Below are positions 50,510-64,000 of a DNA stretch of 64,000 bases, piece after piece. A program made the position numbers and the translations under genes. Source of the stretch: Eledone cirrhosa (Eukaryota); contig OZ024740.1 in assembly GCA_964016885.1 (NCBI GenBank), positions 212,102,001 to 212,166,000 on the forward strand, given 5' to 3'. The notes below the pieces were generated by a model. It was not told where the DNA came from, made no database searches, and saw only the letters and a program-made list of their open reading frames with translations. How positions within the stretch are numbered: the first letter of the stretch is position 1; the number at the start of each line of letters is the position of its first letter.

Positions 50510-51467
50510 TAAAAGTTTAACAAGGTTCATTGAATTAATCAATGAATAAAGTTTAATAACATCATATTTACTACATTTATAAGCTTTATGGTTAGTTAAT
50601 AACATTTTTAATTTTAATCTTTCTAACTAAATTATTGACTATATTTTTTAATTTAAATATACTCTTGATTACCCTTGGAATTATGTTAAATTATCTTTTT
50701 CACTTTAAATTATCTTTTTCACTTTATATTCGCTTTAACTTTGATATAATACAATAATATAGGTTCTTTTAAATATTATAGTCTAAAAATTTCAAGTTAT
50801 TTAATTAATTGTTTATTTCTAATTAACTTAATATTTGAAAAAAAACGGTCACGCATCATATACCTTGAATTTCCTTCTCCTTATGTAATTATATGTTACC
50901 ATACATATCTCCCTTTCTTTGTTTTTACTATCAAATCTCTTTCCTTTTCTCTCTCTCCTCTAGTTAGCTCTCTCGCTCTCTCATTTGATCTCTCTATAAT
51001 ACGGAGATACACATATTTCATTATTTAAATTTTTAACAGTTATGTGGTTTTATGTTTATATTTATTACTTGCCTTTATATAAAATTATTATATTTATTAT
51101 TATATATTTTTATACACATTTTCATACGTACCCTCTTTATTATATGTAGTTTTTCATGTTTCAACTTATGGTATATAAATATTGAGTTTTGTCATAACTA
51201 ATCACTGCCAAGACTGGATTTGAACCATCAGCACAGTCGAGGTATGTCAGACATGAATTTATTTTATCTGATGAGGACATATTGATGAAATAGTTCAGTA
51301 CCTCTGAAATATGTATAATAAAATATATTTGATCACATGAATGTCTATATTTATTAATATTTTGAAGTAATATTAATAACTTCAGAAAACCCCTATCAGT
51401 TGAGTGCTTCTAATCTCTTGTAAAACTTTATTCATTGATTAATTCAATGAACCTTGTTAAACTTTTA
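50510..51467. mobile_element. PLE-derived non-coding segment bounded by ~44-bp perfect inverted repeats
   Basis: 50510-50554 is the reverse complement of 51423-51467; contains the hammerhead at 51262-51323 and is followed by (TA)n. Confidence 0.65.
51262..51323 (+). ncRNA. Type I hammerhead ribozyme
   Basis: ttttat-CTGATGA-gga..tattga/tcagta..tct-GAAA-tatgta-TA-ataaaa; same family as 48062-48128. Confidence 0.7.
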
Positions 51468-51482
51468 ATTATATATATATAT

Positions 51483-51549
<67 letters not shown>

Positions 51550-51550
<1 letters not shown>

Positions 51551-53560
51551 TTCATTTTCTAATTTGTTTTGCAACATTTTTTATCTGAAAACGTGTGTTG
51601 AAACAGATATTGTTATACTTTGGGAGGGTCATGCTGCCAATAAAAACACGCACCTGTTGGTTTTCGCTTCAATTTATTATAAATTTCCAATTGATTGGTT
51701 AGTTCGATAACCAGATGATTGTTTATATATTGTCAAAGCTCTTTCGTCACACATTCTGTGACCTCTGCAATGACTAGGTTTTTATTTTGTCTCTCCTTTG
51801 TTCTGTCCTACACAATCTTATTTGTGTGTGTTGTGTGCTTAGTTTGTGCATGCGTTACATCCAGGTGTGTGAGTGTGTTTTTATTTATTTATTTAAGTGT
51901 TTATTTACTTGTCACTAGTTGTTTGTTTGTTCTATCTGTGTCTGTCTTATTTAATTTGTTAGTTTGGTTTTTGTGTGTGTCTGTATGTCTTCATTTTGTC
52001 CTTACTAGTTGTGGTGTTGCTATTCCACTCATGTTTTCGGTTGGAGTTTGTTTATGTTTGTCGCCTCTGTGATTTACCTGAGCATTGCATATTTTCTGTG
52101 TGGTTAAAATTTTTATCTCTATGTTCTCTAATGTGCCCCTATGTTCTATTTTAGCATGTTGGTGGAGTACTGATGAGTTTTTCCCATCCTGGAGTTCTCG
52201 CCAGTGTTCACTTATCCTTCCTTCTATGTTATGGGCTGTTTTACCTATGTATGTTATGTTCTTATTCCTTCACTGTCCCTCAGTACATCTTATGCTATAT
52301 ACTAGGTTCCTAGATTTGCATTTAGTTTGTGGGCTTAGCTTGCAGACTATGCATTTCCTATCAGTACAGGGGGTTATTTGAAATAAGTATGTTTTACTAA
52401 TTAGGGTTTTATGGGAATACCTGGTCTTTCAACTATCTTAATATTTGATTTGAGCTTGTCTAGGGCCCATTCTAAATCTTTAAATTAGTTCACCTCTGGG
52501 GGTTGTATTGATGAACATTACACTCTTGTATTTATTGCTATCATACCATGAGTTGATTTTATTTACCTTATTCCTAATCCTTTCTATTCTGTTCCAAAAT
52601 TTGCTCCTAGACATGGGGCAAGTTCCATTTGAATCATTTTTTACAATCTTTGCCCATTTGGTTCTAGCTCCTTTATATACCCTGATCTTGTCTCTCTGAT
52701 CGTATCTGATTGTATCATGCGGTGGATGAAGGGTTGTATTTATCTCCCTAATTCTTTAGGGTTGCACATGCGGGACACGTTCCTCATCACTCTTACTAAA
52801 TCCGCAATAAGTATGTTAATTTTTATATGATCCGAAACAGCAGAGTTTTGGTGGATCAGGTATTTGGAGGTCATAGGTTTGGCATAAGGTGAATGGAGGA
52901 TTTGCGTTCTATTACTAATAGTTTCCAACCAGAGTTCTGTGTCTAGTACGGGTAATCTATGGTTGGGGTGTTTATTTGGGTAGTCTATAGTAATTTTAAT
53001 ACTCTGGTGAATGGAGTTAGCTATTTGCTGGATGCTTTCATGGTGTTCTTCTCTAATTCCTGACTGTTCTTCTGTGGGGGTGTTTTTACTACGATATGTT
53101 CCTTAAGAGTTAGTTTTATACTGGCCCCCACCGCATTGCGATCATTTTCTTTAATTCATCATGGTTTCTGGGATCCGTATGGCTCTGGTCTGCCTGTTCC
53201 ATCTTTCTGTGTGTGTCTTCTTGGCCATTGAGGTAATGGTGGGTGCTCTGCCTCTCTCTGGCCTTGTGGTACAGAGGCTGCTGAGGTCATGTGCGCCTAA
53301 ATAATCCTTATTGTGTGTGAGTTTAAGTAGGAGTCCCAGCTGACTGGTATCAATCCATGGTATTCCACATTTCTCACGCTGATAATTTCTACGCATTTTT
53401 CCACAGCAAAATCAATGTCTATGGGTGGGTATAATGACACTACATCTATGCTACCTATTGTGCAGCCTGTTGGGTCCCTAGACAGATTGTATTCACTGAT
53501 TCCACTGAGGAGGTCCTCCATGCTGTCGCATATATCTGGGGACATTTCGATGATAGGGCA
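51550..53560 (-). mobile_element. Degenerate Penelope-like element (RT plus GIY-YIG)
   Basis: GSIDVVSLYP, LPVLDT and YAKPM; then CKSRNLVYSIRC..YIGKTAHNIEGRISEH on the minus strand; ends in (TA)n. Confidence 0.82.
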
Positions 53561-53596
53561 TTTTATATATATATGATACGTGTTTTATATATATAT

Positions 53597-54808
53597 AAAA
53601 CAAATTTACCTTGCTATTAGTCACTTGCAGTCAGTTATGCGCGGACTATTGTACAGTACTGACACTCTTTAAAAAACCTCTTTTTGGATCAATGGAAAAT
53701 AATTATTTTGAGATAAGATCGAATATCAAGTTTCTGGGGAAACTCAAATGGAAAGGGACACAGATTATGGAGGCTTTAGTTAAAGTTTACGGTACTACTG
53801 CTCCAAAGAAAACTGCTGTCTACAAGTGGATTCAGCGATTCAAACAAGGGAGAGACGACCTTGAAGACGAGCATCGCAGTGGAACACTAGGAACATCAAA
53901 AGATGACCAAAACGTTGAGGCTGCTCAGACTTTAATTGAAGAAAATCGAAGAATAACAGTTAATCAGTTAGCTAAGTTCCTAGACATTTCATATGGTTCG
54001 ACAAATTCAATTCTGCACGATAATTTGGGACTAAGCAACGTTTCAGCGCGATGGGTCCCAAAAGCGTTGCGCCCTGATCAACTGATTCTTCGAAGTGATC
54101 TGTCTTTGGCGATATTAAACAAAATTGAAGTTGATGAAGAGCATTTCCTGACCAGAATCATCACCGGAGATGAAATCTGGATCTACCAGTATGATCCTGA
54201 ATCCAAACAGCAGTCAAAACAGTGGCTTCCACGTGGATCGGGGCCAATCAAGTTCAAATCTCAAAAGTCGGATCAAAAAGTGATGGCCACCATTTAGATG
54301 AGGTGATACTAATAGATTATCTTGAAGGTCAAAGAACTGTGACAGGAGCTTACTATGCAAATGTTTTAAGGAAGCTGAAAGAGGCATTAGTCAAGAAACG
54401 AAAAGGGAAACTTCATGGTGGGATCTTGTTTGACCATGACAATGCACCAGCGCATTCTGCGCGGGTTGCAAAAGAAGTTTTTTGAGAATTTCGATGGGAA
54501 GTGCTTCCTCACCTGCCTTATAGTCCAGATTTAGCCCCATCAGACTTTTTCCTCTTTCCAAAACTCAAAGAATGTTAAAAGGAACCCGTTTTAGTGGTGT
54601 TGAAGAAGCTAAAAACACTGCCAACACATGGCTTCGATCAAGGCCTTCAACTTTCTTTAGAGACGGCTTACGTAGCTGGAAGCATCGCCTTGTGAAGTGT
54701 ATTGACCTGGATGGCAACTATGTAGAAAAATAAATTGAAGGTAAATCATATTTTTGGAAAAATAGAATATTTTCTGAAAAATTCCGCAAACTTTTTGATC
54801 CCCCCTCG
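53597..54808 (+). mobile_element. mariner (D,D34D) transposon, disrupted transposase, 5' TIR not seen
   Basis: WVPKAL, TGDEIW, HDNAPAH and YSPDLAPSD with 34 residues between the last two Asp; deletion/frameshift near 54295 and a stop near 54484; 3' TIR ...TTTTGATCCCCCCTCG-TA. Confidence 0.93.
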
Positions 54809-54833
54809 TACATACATATAAAGTATAGATATC

Positions 54834-54868
<35 letters not shown>

Positions 54869-55329
54869 GTGTTTGTGTGTTTTGTTTTGATGTTATCCGG
54901 CAATTGGCGAAATCAGGTGTGAAAGTATGTGTATTTGTGTGTGTGTGTGTTACTTATGCGAGCAACGACAGAAAAAGTGTGTGGGATACATACATTATTA
55001 TATTTGTCTGTATTTTCGTTCTGCAACCATTATATTATATTTGTATCCAAATGATTTTAGATGTATGTATTACCTTCTTGCCCGTCCCTCTGTTTCTCTT
55101 TCCCTGTCTCTCTCTCTCCTCTCTCTTTAGATGTGTGTGTGTGTGTAGTTTTCCTAATCTGTCTCTTTCACTCTGTCTCTCTAAGAGGGTTGCCTTTTGA
55201 TGTATGTATTACCTGCTTGTGTGTTGACCGAATTTTAAGGAGGTTATCCTTTTGAAATAAACATACATACGACGCTCATCTCTATGTTGATATATGATAT
55301 AAATAATGGGATTGATGAATTAATATCTG

Positions 55330-55620
55330 TATACAACAACAACAGTACGCGATGGGGCCCACCCACAGCCCCGGCGGGCAGAATGGAGAAGGCGTTTCCC
55401 CGGAGGACGGCAAGGGAGACGCGCTGAAAAAGCCACTCCAACTCGCAGGGCTCACACCTGCGGCTGGCCAGCTCAGCGCCTATGGTAGTGAGTAAGGAGG
55501 TAGCCCTGGGGCCCAGGACACCAGAAGTCTCCACTGCCAGGAGTACGACCGCAAACCTATCGGAGAGCGACCGGTATTTGAAGAGTTTGCCCCTCAGCCC
55601 GACGTGCAGCAGAACCTGGG
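55330..55620 (-). mobile_element. CRE-like RLE LINE 3' fragment
   Basis: KYRSLSDRFAVVLLAVETSGVLGP..LFQRVSLAVLRGNAFSIL. Confidence 0.7.
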
Positions 55621-56016
55621 TATATATTGATATATTGAAGGTAGATACGGAAAGTAAAAGAGTGTTGTCATATAGAGAGTGAAGAGAGACAGAGAGTAAA
55701 GCAGTTAAATTATAGAGAGTGTGAAAGAGGGAGAGAGAGAGACGACGCTCAGCTTTATAATATTTGAGAGTGAAGAGCGACAGAGAGAGTAAAGCAGTTA
55801 AATTATAGAGAGGGGGAATGATCTATTATAGAGAGAGGGAAGAGCGACGGAGAGAGTAAAGCTAAGAAATTATAGGGAGGTGTGTAGGATACATACATAA
55901 TACATACACACGACACTCAGCTTTATATTATATATATATGTATATATATAAATATTTGTATATAATATTATATATATATATATATGTATATAATATTATA
56001 TATATATATATGTATA

Positions 56017-56055
<39 letters not shown>

Positions 56056-56121
56056 ATATATTATATATATATATATATACGATATTAATAAATGGAAACT
56101 ATATTTATAAAACCATATTTA

Positions 56122-56182
56122 TTTCATTATACATATTTCAGGGATACCAAATTAAATTATGGTATGCCTTCATCAGACAAAA
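56122..56182 (-). ncRNA. Type I hammerhead ribozyme, intact core
   Basis: ttttgt-CTGATGA-aggcatacca(loop)tggtatccct-GAAA-tatgta-TA-atgaaa. Confidence 0.8.
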
Positions 56183-57060
56183 TACAATATATAACAGTTT
56201 TACAAATAAGCTTTGACGTACCCTATTAAATTGCAACCATTGTTTTTGGAAGTCATCCGGATAGTGAATTGTTTATATAACTTTAATAAGTCACAGTGTT
56301 AAGGACAATTAGAAAAAGACGGAGAGAAAGAAAAAAGACGAAGAGAAAGAAAAAACGTGGAGAAATATCGGAGATAGAGAGAGAGATGCATGGAGAAAAA
56401 AAAGAAAGAGATAAGTAAAGACAGGAGGAAAGGAAGAAAGAAGAAAAAAGGAAGAAATAAGAAAAACAGAGGAAAGCAACAGAGAGATATTAGGTCAACA
56501 GACAGATAGAAAAACTCAAGAGAGAGAAATGTTATATATAGAGAGAGGGAGATTATGAAAACTTTACGTCATGTCATGTTAAGTTGAGTTAACAATTCAT
56601 ATGAAATGAATAATAAAAATATAAATATTAATATTCATGAATGGGACATATATATAATATGAGAAATTAAACATTGTTTAATAATGACTATATGTTTAGT
56701 TTAAACCTTAAGATCAATATACCAAAATTTGGGTTTAATCTCCAAGATGTACACATTGCTAGAGAAAGACACACAAATATATATATATATCATAAAACGT
56801 GTCTATAGAATCAATCAGATATTAAAATATATACTATTTCTTCCTCTAATCAGCATAATTAACCATATACATAATCAAATCCAGCAAGCTTTAAGAGTAA
56901 ATTTTCTAACTGGGAAATCTCCGACAAATAATTGACCGCAGCCAGTTCGCGTTAACTCCGTTCCATTATTTATCAAACATTTCGGCAGCATGCAGAATCC
57001 GACCAAACACATCGTCAACCGCACATAATTAGTAGTAAAATTAAACTTAGAAGAAATGCG

Positions 57061-57097
<37 letters not shown>

Positions 57098-57369
57098 GCA
57101 CGTCCTGAAAATAGAAATTATATTTACTCAAGTCAACAGTATAAACATATAAAGCGCAGACGATTTCTCTTAATCACTGCTATACATTCGTTGTGTTATA
57201 AAAAGTTGACAGTATATATACACATAAATATATACGATTAACATTCATGACTTCGTATATATGATTACCATTCATGCATTTAACATTTCTGTAATCCAAA
57301 CTGCGTGGTTATGCAACATAACTTTTACCCACACATATACATACACACACATATATACATATACACCTA

Positions 57370-57622
57370 TATATGTATAAATAAATATATATGTATATAT
57401 ATGTATATAATATTATATATATATGTATACATATATATATGTATACATATATATATGTATATAATATAATATATATATATGTATATAATATTATATATAT
57501 GTATATATGTATATAATATATATATATATGTAAATAATATTATATATATGTATATATGTATATAATATATATATATATATATATGTATATATATGTATAT
57601 AATATATATATATAAATATATG

Positions 57623-57696
<74 letters not shown>

Positions 57697-58208
57697 ATAT
57701 TATATATATGTATATAATATTATATATATGTATATAATATTATATATATGTATATAATATTATATATATATATATATGTATATAATATTATATATATGTA
57801 TATAATATTATATATATGTATATATGTATATAATATTATATATATGTATATATGTATATAATATTATATATATATGTATATATATATGTATATATGTATA
57901 TAATATTATATATATATATATGTATATATGTATATAATATTATATATATATGTATATATATGTATATATGTATATAATATTATATATATATATGTATATA
58001 ATGTATGTATATAATATTATATATATATATATGTATATATATATATGTATATAATATTATATATATATATATGTATATATGTATATAATATTATATATAT
58101 ATGTATATATATGTATATATGTATATAATATTATATATATATATGTATATAATGTATGTATATAATATTATATATATATATATGTATATATATATATGTA
58201 TATAATAT

Positions 58209-58242
<34 letters not shown>

Positions 58243-58395
58243 TATGTATATAATATATATATATATATATGTATATAATATATATATATATATGTATATA
58301 ATATATATATGTATATATATATATATGTATATAATATTATATATATATATATGTATATAATATTATATATATGTATATATATATATGTATATAAT
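57370..58395. repeat. Compound (TA)n satellite with GTATATAATATTA cores
   Basis: Repeated ATGTATATAATATTATAT(AT)n. Confidence 0.95.
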
Positions 58396-58770
58396 TCGTT
58401 TCTGAATTTGTTTAGCAAGATTCTTTATCTGAAAACGTGTGTTGAAACCGATATTGTTATATTTTGGGAGGGTCATGTTGCCAATAAGAAACACACGCAC
58501 CAGTTGCTTTCACTTCAATTTATTATAATAAATTTATAAATTTAGGAATTTTTAAATTTCCGGTTGGTTGGTTGGTTCTACAACCATATGCTTGTTTATA
58601 TATTGTCAAAGTTCTTTCGTCACACATTCTGTGACCTCTTCAGAATCCCCAGTCACTGAATAGGTCACAGAATGTGTGACGAAAGAACATTGACAACATA
58701 TAAACATCCACCTGGTTGTGGAACCAACCAACCAACCGGAAATTTATAAATTTATTATAATAAATTGATA
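58396..58770. mobile_element. PLE terminal fold-back with two back-to-back hammerhead motifs
   Basis: 58515-58643 is inverted at 58656-58768. Arms contain CTGAA(G/T)AG-gtcaca(gaatg)tgtgac-GAAAG. Homologous to 51550-51770. Confidence 0.78.
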
Positions 58771-58774
58771 TTAA

Positions 58775-59194
58775 TGTATATATATAGATGTATATAATAT
58801 TATATATATATATATGTATATATGTATATATAATATTATATATATATGTATATATATATATAATATTATATATATATGTATATATATATATGTATATAAT
58901 ATATATATATATGTATATATATATATGTATATAATATATATATATATGTATATATATATATGTATATAATATTATATATATATATATGTATATATATATA
59001 ATATTATATATATATATATACATGTATATAATATTATATATATATATATGTATATAATATTATATATATATATGTATATAATATTATATATATATATATG
59101 TATATATGTATATATATGTATATAATATTATATAAATATATATGTATATATATATATGTATATAATATTGTATATATATATATGTATATAATAT

Positions 59195-59241
<47 letters not shown>

Positions 59242-59292
59242 GTATATAATATTATATATATATATATGTATATATATATATGTATATAATAT

Positions 59293-59325
<33 letters not shown>

Positions 59326-59662
59326 GTATATAATATTATATATATATATATGTATATATATATATGTATATAATATTATATATATATATGTATATATATA
59401 TATGTATATAATATTATATATATATACGTATATATATATGTATATAATATTATGTATATATATATGTATATATATATATGTATATAATATTATATATATA
59501 TATATGTATATATGTATATAATATTATATATATATATATGTATATATGTATATAATATTATATAAATATATATGTATATAATATTATATAAATATATATG
59601 TATATATATATATGTATATAATATTATATATATATATGTATATATATATATGTATATAATAT

Positions 59663-59695
<33 letters not shown>

Positions 59696-59706
59696 GTATA
59701 TAATAT

Positions 59707-59743
<37 letters not shown>

Positions 59744-60123
59744 GTATATAGTATTATATATATATATATTTATATATATATATGTATATAATATTATATA
59801 TATATATACGTATATATATATGTATATAATATTATGTATATATATATGTATATAATATTATGTATATATATATGTATATAATATTATATATATATATATG
59901 TATATATATATATGTATATAATATTATATATATATATATGTATATATATATATGTATATAATATTATATATATATATATGTATATGTATATAATATTATA
60001 TATATATACGTATATATATATGTATATAATATTATGTATATATATATGTATATAATATTATATATATATATGTATATATATATATGTATATAATATTATA
60101 TATATATGTATATATATATATAT
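58775..60123. repeat. Compound (TA)n satellite
   Basis: Same unit and orientation as 57370-58395. Confidence 0.95.
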
Positions 60124-60161
60124 GATAAAGAACACAAGGGCGTCTATAACATCAAAAACTT

Positions 60162-60220
60162 TTTATTGGCTTACAATGTTTCTTCCTTACGTAACCGTAG
60201 GATTCTTCAGAGCTATAAAA
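60162..60220 (-). ncRNA. Hammerhead-like motif
   Basis: gct-CTGAAGA-atcctacg(gtta)cgtaaggaa-GAAA-c(att)g-TA-agc; GUA triplet; mismatch at the base of stem II. Confidence 0.6.
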
Positions 60221-61304
60221 GGGGTTTGATTGGTGTTATGGACTCTACCAACCAAACATTCAAGAACAAAGAGTAAAGAGAGTAAAGAGCAAAAGCAGGG
60301 GACAATAAGTCTAATTTAGGTGCGGGAGGGTGGGCTGTGGGTCCTTGTTTACTAGCTGTGGTCATATTTATTCCCGGGAGTCGAGTGGTTAGTGGAGCCA
60401 TAGAAGGGGTGGCATTGATAGTAGGGTGCAGAGGGTGTGCAGAGGCTACACACACACACAAAGGGCATATAATATACATATAACGGAGGAGAAAGTACAT
60501 GAGGTAATTAGAAATGGAATAAGAATAATAATAATTTATAGTTAATAATGTATAAGGCATAGGGAAGATTACACTATAATAAGGTATAAAAGTAAGAATA
60601 AAATAAAATATAAATGAGGATAAAAATGAAAATAAGAATAAAAAAAAATATATATATATAAAAATATATAGAGAATATATAAAAAATATAAGCAAGTATC
60701 AGAAAGGGAAAAACACAATGTAAAAAAACAGATTTTGTTAAATAAAAATATAAATATGGGGGGAGAAAACGGGAGAGAGAAATATAATCATAATGTGAAT
60801 AGTTGAGAGAATATAAGATGATTATAAGTGTGTCAAGGTTATACATCTTAATAATAAATAATATGTATATCAGAGTTACACATTTTTCAATGCACTTGCA
60901 AGTCCAACCCACGTGGCATAGTCCATCGCTCATCTGTGCGGTCGTGTGTGTTTGTGTTTGACCACACAACAGATCCACAAGTTCGTAAATTTCAATGCAG
61001 ATAGAATTCTATTTGTGCTTAACCGGACATTGACGGAGGATCCAATATTCCCAGTTCATTGCCGACCAAATATGTGTTATTTTGGTCGCATAAATCAGTT
61101 ACTTGGTTCAATATTATGGAGTATGGTTTTCTGGTCTTCGATACACTATCAGTGGTTGTATATCTCGAACTCACAAGGATCACAGTACTCCGATTTGGTA
61201 TGATTATCGGTCATCCAACTATGTTGTCGGTGGTTGGATTCAAATCTATTGCCCAGAACGTAGAACTTTGGTGTTGATTGAACATTATATATGTATATTG
61301 AACC

Positions 61305-61324
61305 TTTATGTATGTATATAATAT

Positions 61325-61358
<34 letters not shown>

Positions 61359-61417
61359 TGTATATAATATTATATATATATTATATGTATATATATATAT
61401 GTATATAATATTATATG

Positions 61418-61470
<53 letters not shown>

Positions 61471-61975
61471 ATATTATATTATTATATATATATATGTATA
61501 TAATATTATATGTGTATTATATTTATATATATATGTATATAATATTATATATATATTATATGTATATATATATATGTATATAATATTATATGTATAATAT
61601 ATATATATATATGTATATAATATTATATGTATAATATATATATATATGTATATAATATTATATGTATATTATATATATATATGTATATAATATATATATG
61701 TATATAATATTATATGTATATTATATATATATATATGTATATAATATATATATGTATATAATGTTATATGTATAATATATATATATATGTATATAATATT
61801 ATATGTATATTATATATATATATATGTATATAATATTATATATGTATATATGTATATAATATTATATATATATATATATGTATATTATATATATATGTAT
61901 ATAATTTTATATATATATATGTATATATATATGTATATAATATTATATATATATATATATATGTGTATATAATAT

Positions 61976-62008
<33 letters not shown>

Positions 62009-62105
62009 GTATATAATATTATATATATATATGTATATAATATTATATATGTATATATATATGTATATAATATTATATATATATATATGTATATGTATAT
62101 AATAT

Positions 62106-62136
<31 letters not shown>

Positions 62137-62147
62137 GTATATAATAT

Positions 62148-62185
<38 letters not shown>

Positions 62186-62197
62186 TGTATATAATAT

Positions 62198-62231
<34 letters not shown>

Positions 62232-62235
62232 ATAT

Positions 62236-62267
<32 letters not shown>

Positions 62268-62271
62268 ACAT

Positions 62272-62304
<33 letters not shown>

Positions 62305-62315
62305 GTATATAATAT

Positions 62316-62349
<34 letters not shown>

Positions 62350-62397
62350 TATGTATATAATATTATATATATATATGTGTATATATATATGTATATA

Positions 62398-62428
<31 letters not shown>

Positions 62429-62592
62429 TGTATATAATATTATATATATATATGTATATATATATATATGTATATAATATAATATATATATATATGTATA
62501 TATATATATGTATATAATATTATATATATATATGTATATATATATATATGTATATAATATTATATATATATATATATGTATATATATAATAT

Positions 62593-62631
<39 letters not shown>

Positions 62632-62698
62632 GTATATAATATTATATACATATATATATATATACATATATATATATATGTATATAATATTATATATG

Positions 62699-62735
<37 letters not shown>

Positions 62736-62754
62736 GTATATAATATTATATATG

Positions 62755-62785
<31 letters not shown>

Positions 62786-62965
62786 GTATATAATATTATA
62801 TATGTATATATATATATATATGTATATAATATTATATATGTATATATATATATATGTATATAATATTATATATGTATATAATATTATATATGTATATAAT
62901 ATTATATATGTATATATATATATATATGGTATATATATATATATATGTATATAATATTATATATG

Positions 62966-63001
<36 letters not shown>

Positions 63002-63135
63002 TGTATATAATATTATATATGTATATATATATATATGTATATGTATATAATATTATATATGTATATAATATTATATATGTATATATATATGTATGTATAT
63101 ATATATATATGTATATATATATATGTTTATAATAT

Positions 63136-63225
<90 letters not shown>

Positions 63226-63237
63226 ATATTATATATG

Positions 63238-63288
<51 letters not shown>

Positions 63289-63408
63289 GTATATAATATT
63301 ATATATGTATATATATATATATGTATATAATATTATATATGTATATATATATATGTATATAATATTATATATATGTATATATATATATATATATGTATAT
63401 AATATTAT

Positions 63409-63452
<44 letters not shown>

Positions 63453-63728
63453 GTATATAATATTATATATGTGTATATATATATATATGTATATAATATT
63501 ATATATGTATATATATATGTATATATATATATATGTATATAATATTATATATGTATATATATATATATATAATATTATATATGTATATATATATATATGT
63601 ATATAATATTATATATGTATATATATATATATGTATATAATATTATATATGTATATATATATATATGTATATAATATTATATATGTATATATATATATGT
63701 ATATGTATATAATATATATATATATATT
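61305..63728. repeat. Compound (TA)n satellite
   Basis: Same unit and orientation, ~2.4 kb. Confidence 0.95.
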
Positions 63729-64000
63729 CATTAGTTAAGCACAACAAGACCACAAATTTCACAAGGAAGACATTATTAAAAGATTGTCAACATATTTTAG
63801 TTTGATGTAAGGAATGTAGAGAATAATAATAATAATAATAATAATATCCGTTTACAATTGTTTCGCTACTCCATATAATATTTCTGGATCAGATGACTAT
63901 ATATCATACTTGATCTGGTTCAGTTGAAAATAATTAACATATATCAAAGACAGAGCGGCACATCGGTATTTCAAAGGAATATAAATTAAAATAATGAGAG

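Noticed and set aside
60860-61290. Higher-complexity island between satellites as a possible exon or transposase
   Set aside because: No recognisable motif in the listed ORFs or the frames I read, and no convincing splice-site pair.
57300-63500. Many Y/I/M-rich ORFs
   Set aside because: Translation artefacts of (TA)n satellite.
63880-63945. Hammerhead-like CAGATGA...GAAA
   Set aside because: The core is mutated and no convincing stems were found.

Overview
A repeat-dense eukaryotic, largely intronic window. The SINE/RTE/Penelope repertoire and huge (TA)n tracts suggest a coleoid cephalopod such as Octopus (inference, not verified). Most listed ORFs are transposon pieces or low-complexity artefacts. 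The only host gene I can support is four small in-frame + strand exons (24209-24280, 32068-32173, 37085-37224, 40224-40262) encoding a CCDC13-like coiled-coil segment. Bases 1-22.2 kb are a stack of retroelements: L1/Tx1-clade LINEs (one near-intact at 16279-22182), R4/Dong-like RLE LINEs, a Gypsy integrase and tRNA-SINEs, repeatedly joined at (ATT)n/(TAA)n tracts. The remainder holds RTE LINEs with an internal PHD-like finger, a CR1/L2 piece, Penelope-like elements (PLEs), a D,D34D mariner, MITEs, a 53-bp satellite and TA-rich satellites. Four observations stand out. (1) A non-coding ~1 kb element at 7790-8789 carries three hammerhead ribozymes, two co-oriented and defining a 554-nt retrozyme-like monomer; further minimal hammerheads occur across 43-60 kb. 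(2) An APE-type Tx1 family with its SINE, and an RLE-type Dong family, appear to target opposite strands of the same ATT/TAA microsatellite. (3) An intragenic inverted duplication lacks exactly the segment containing one exon and could loop that exon out of the pre-mRNA. (4) A tandem splice donor would keep that exon skip in frame.
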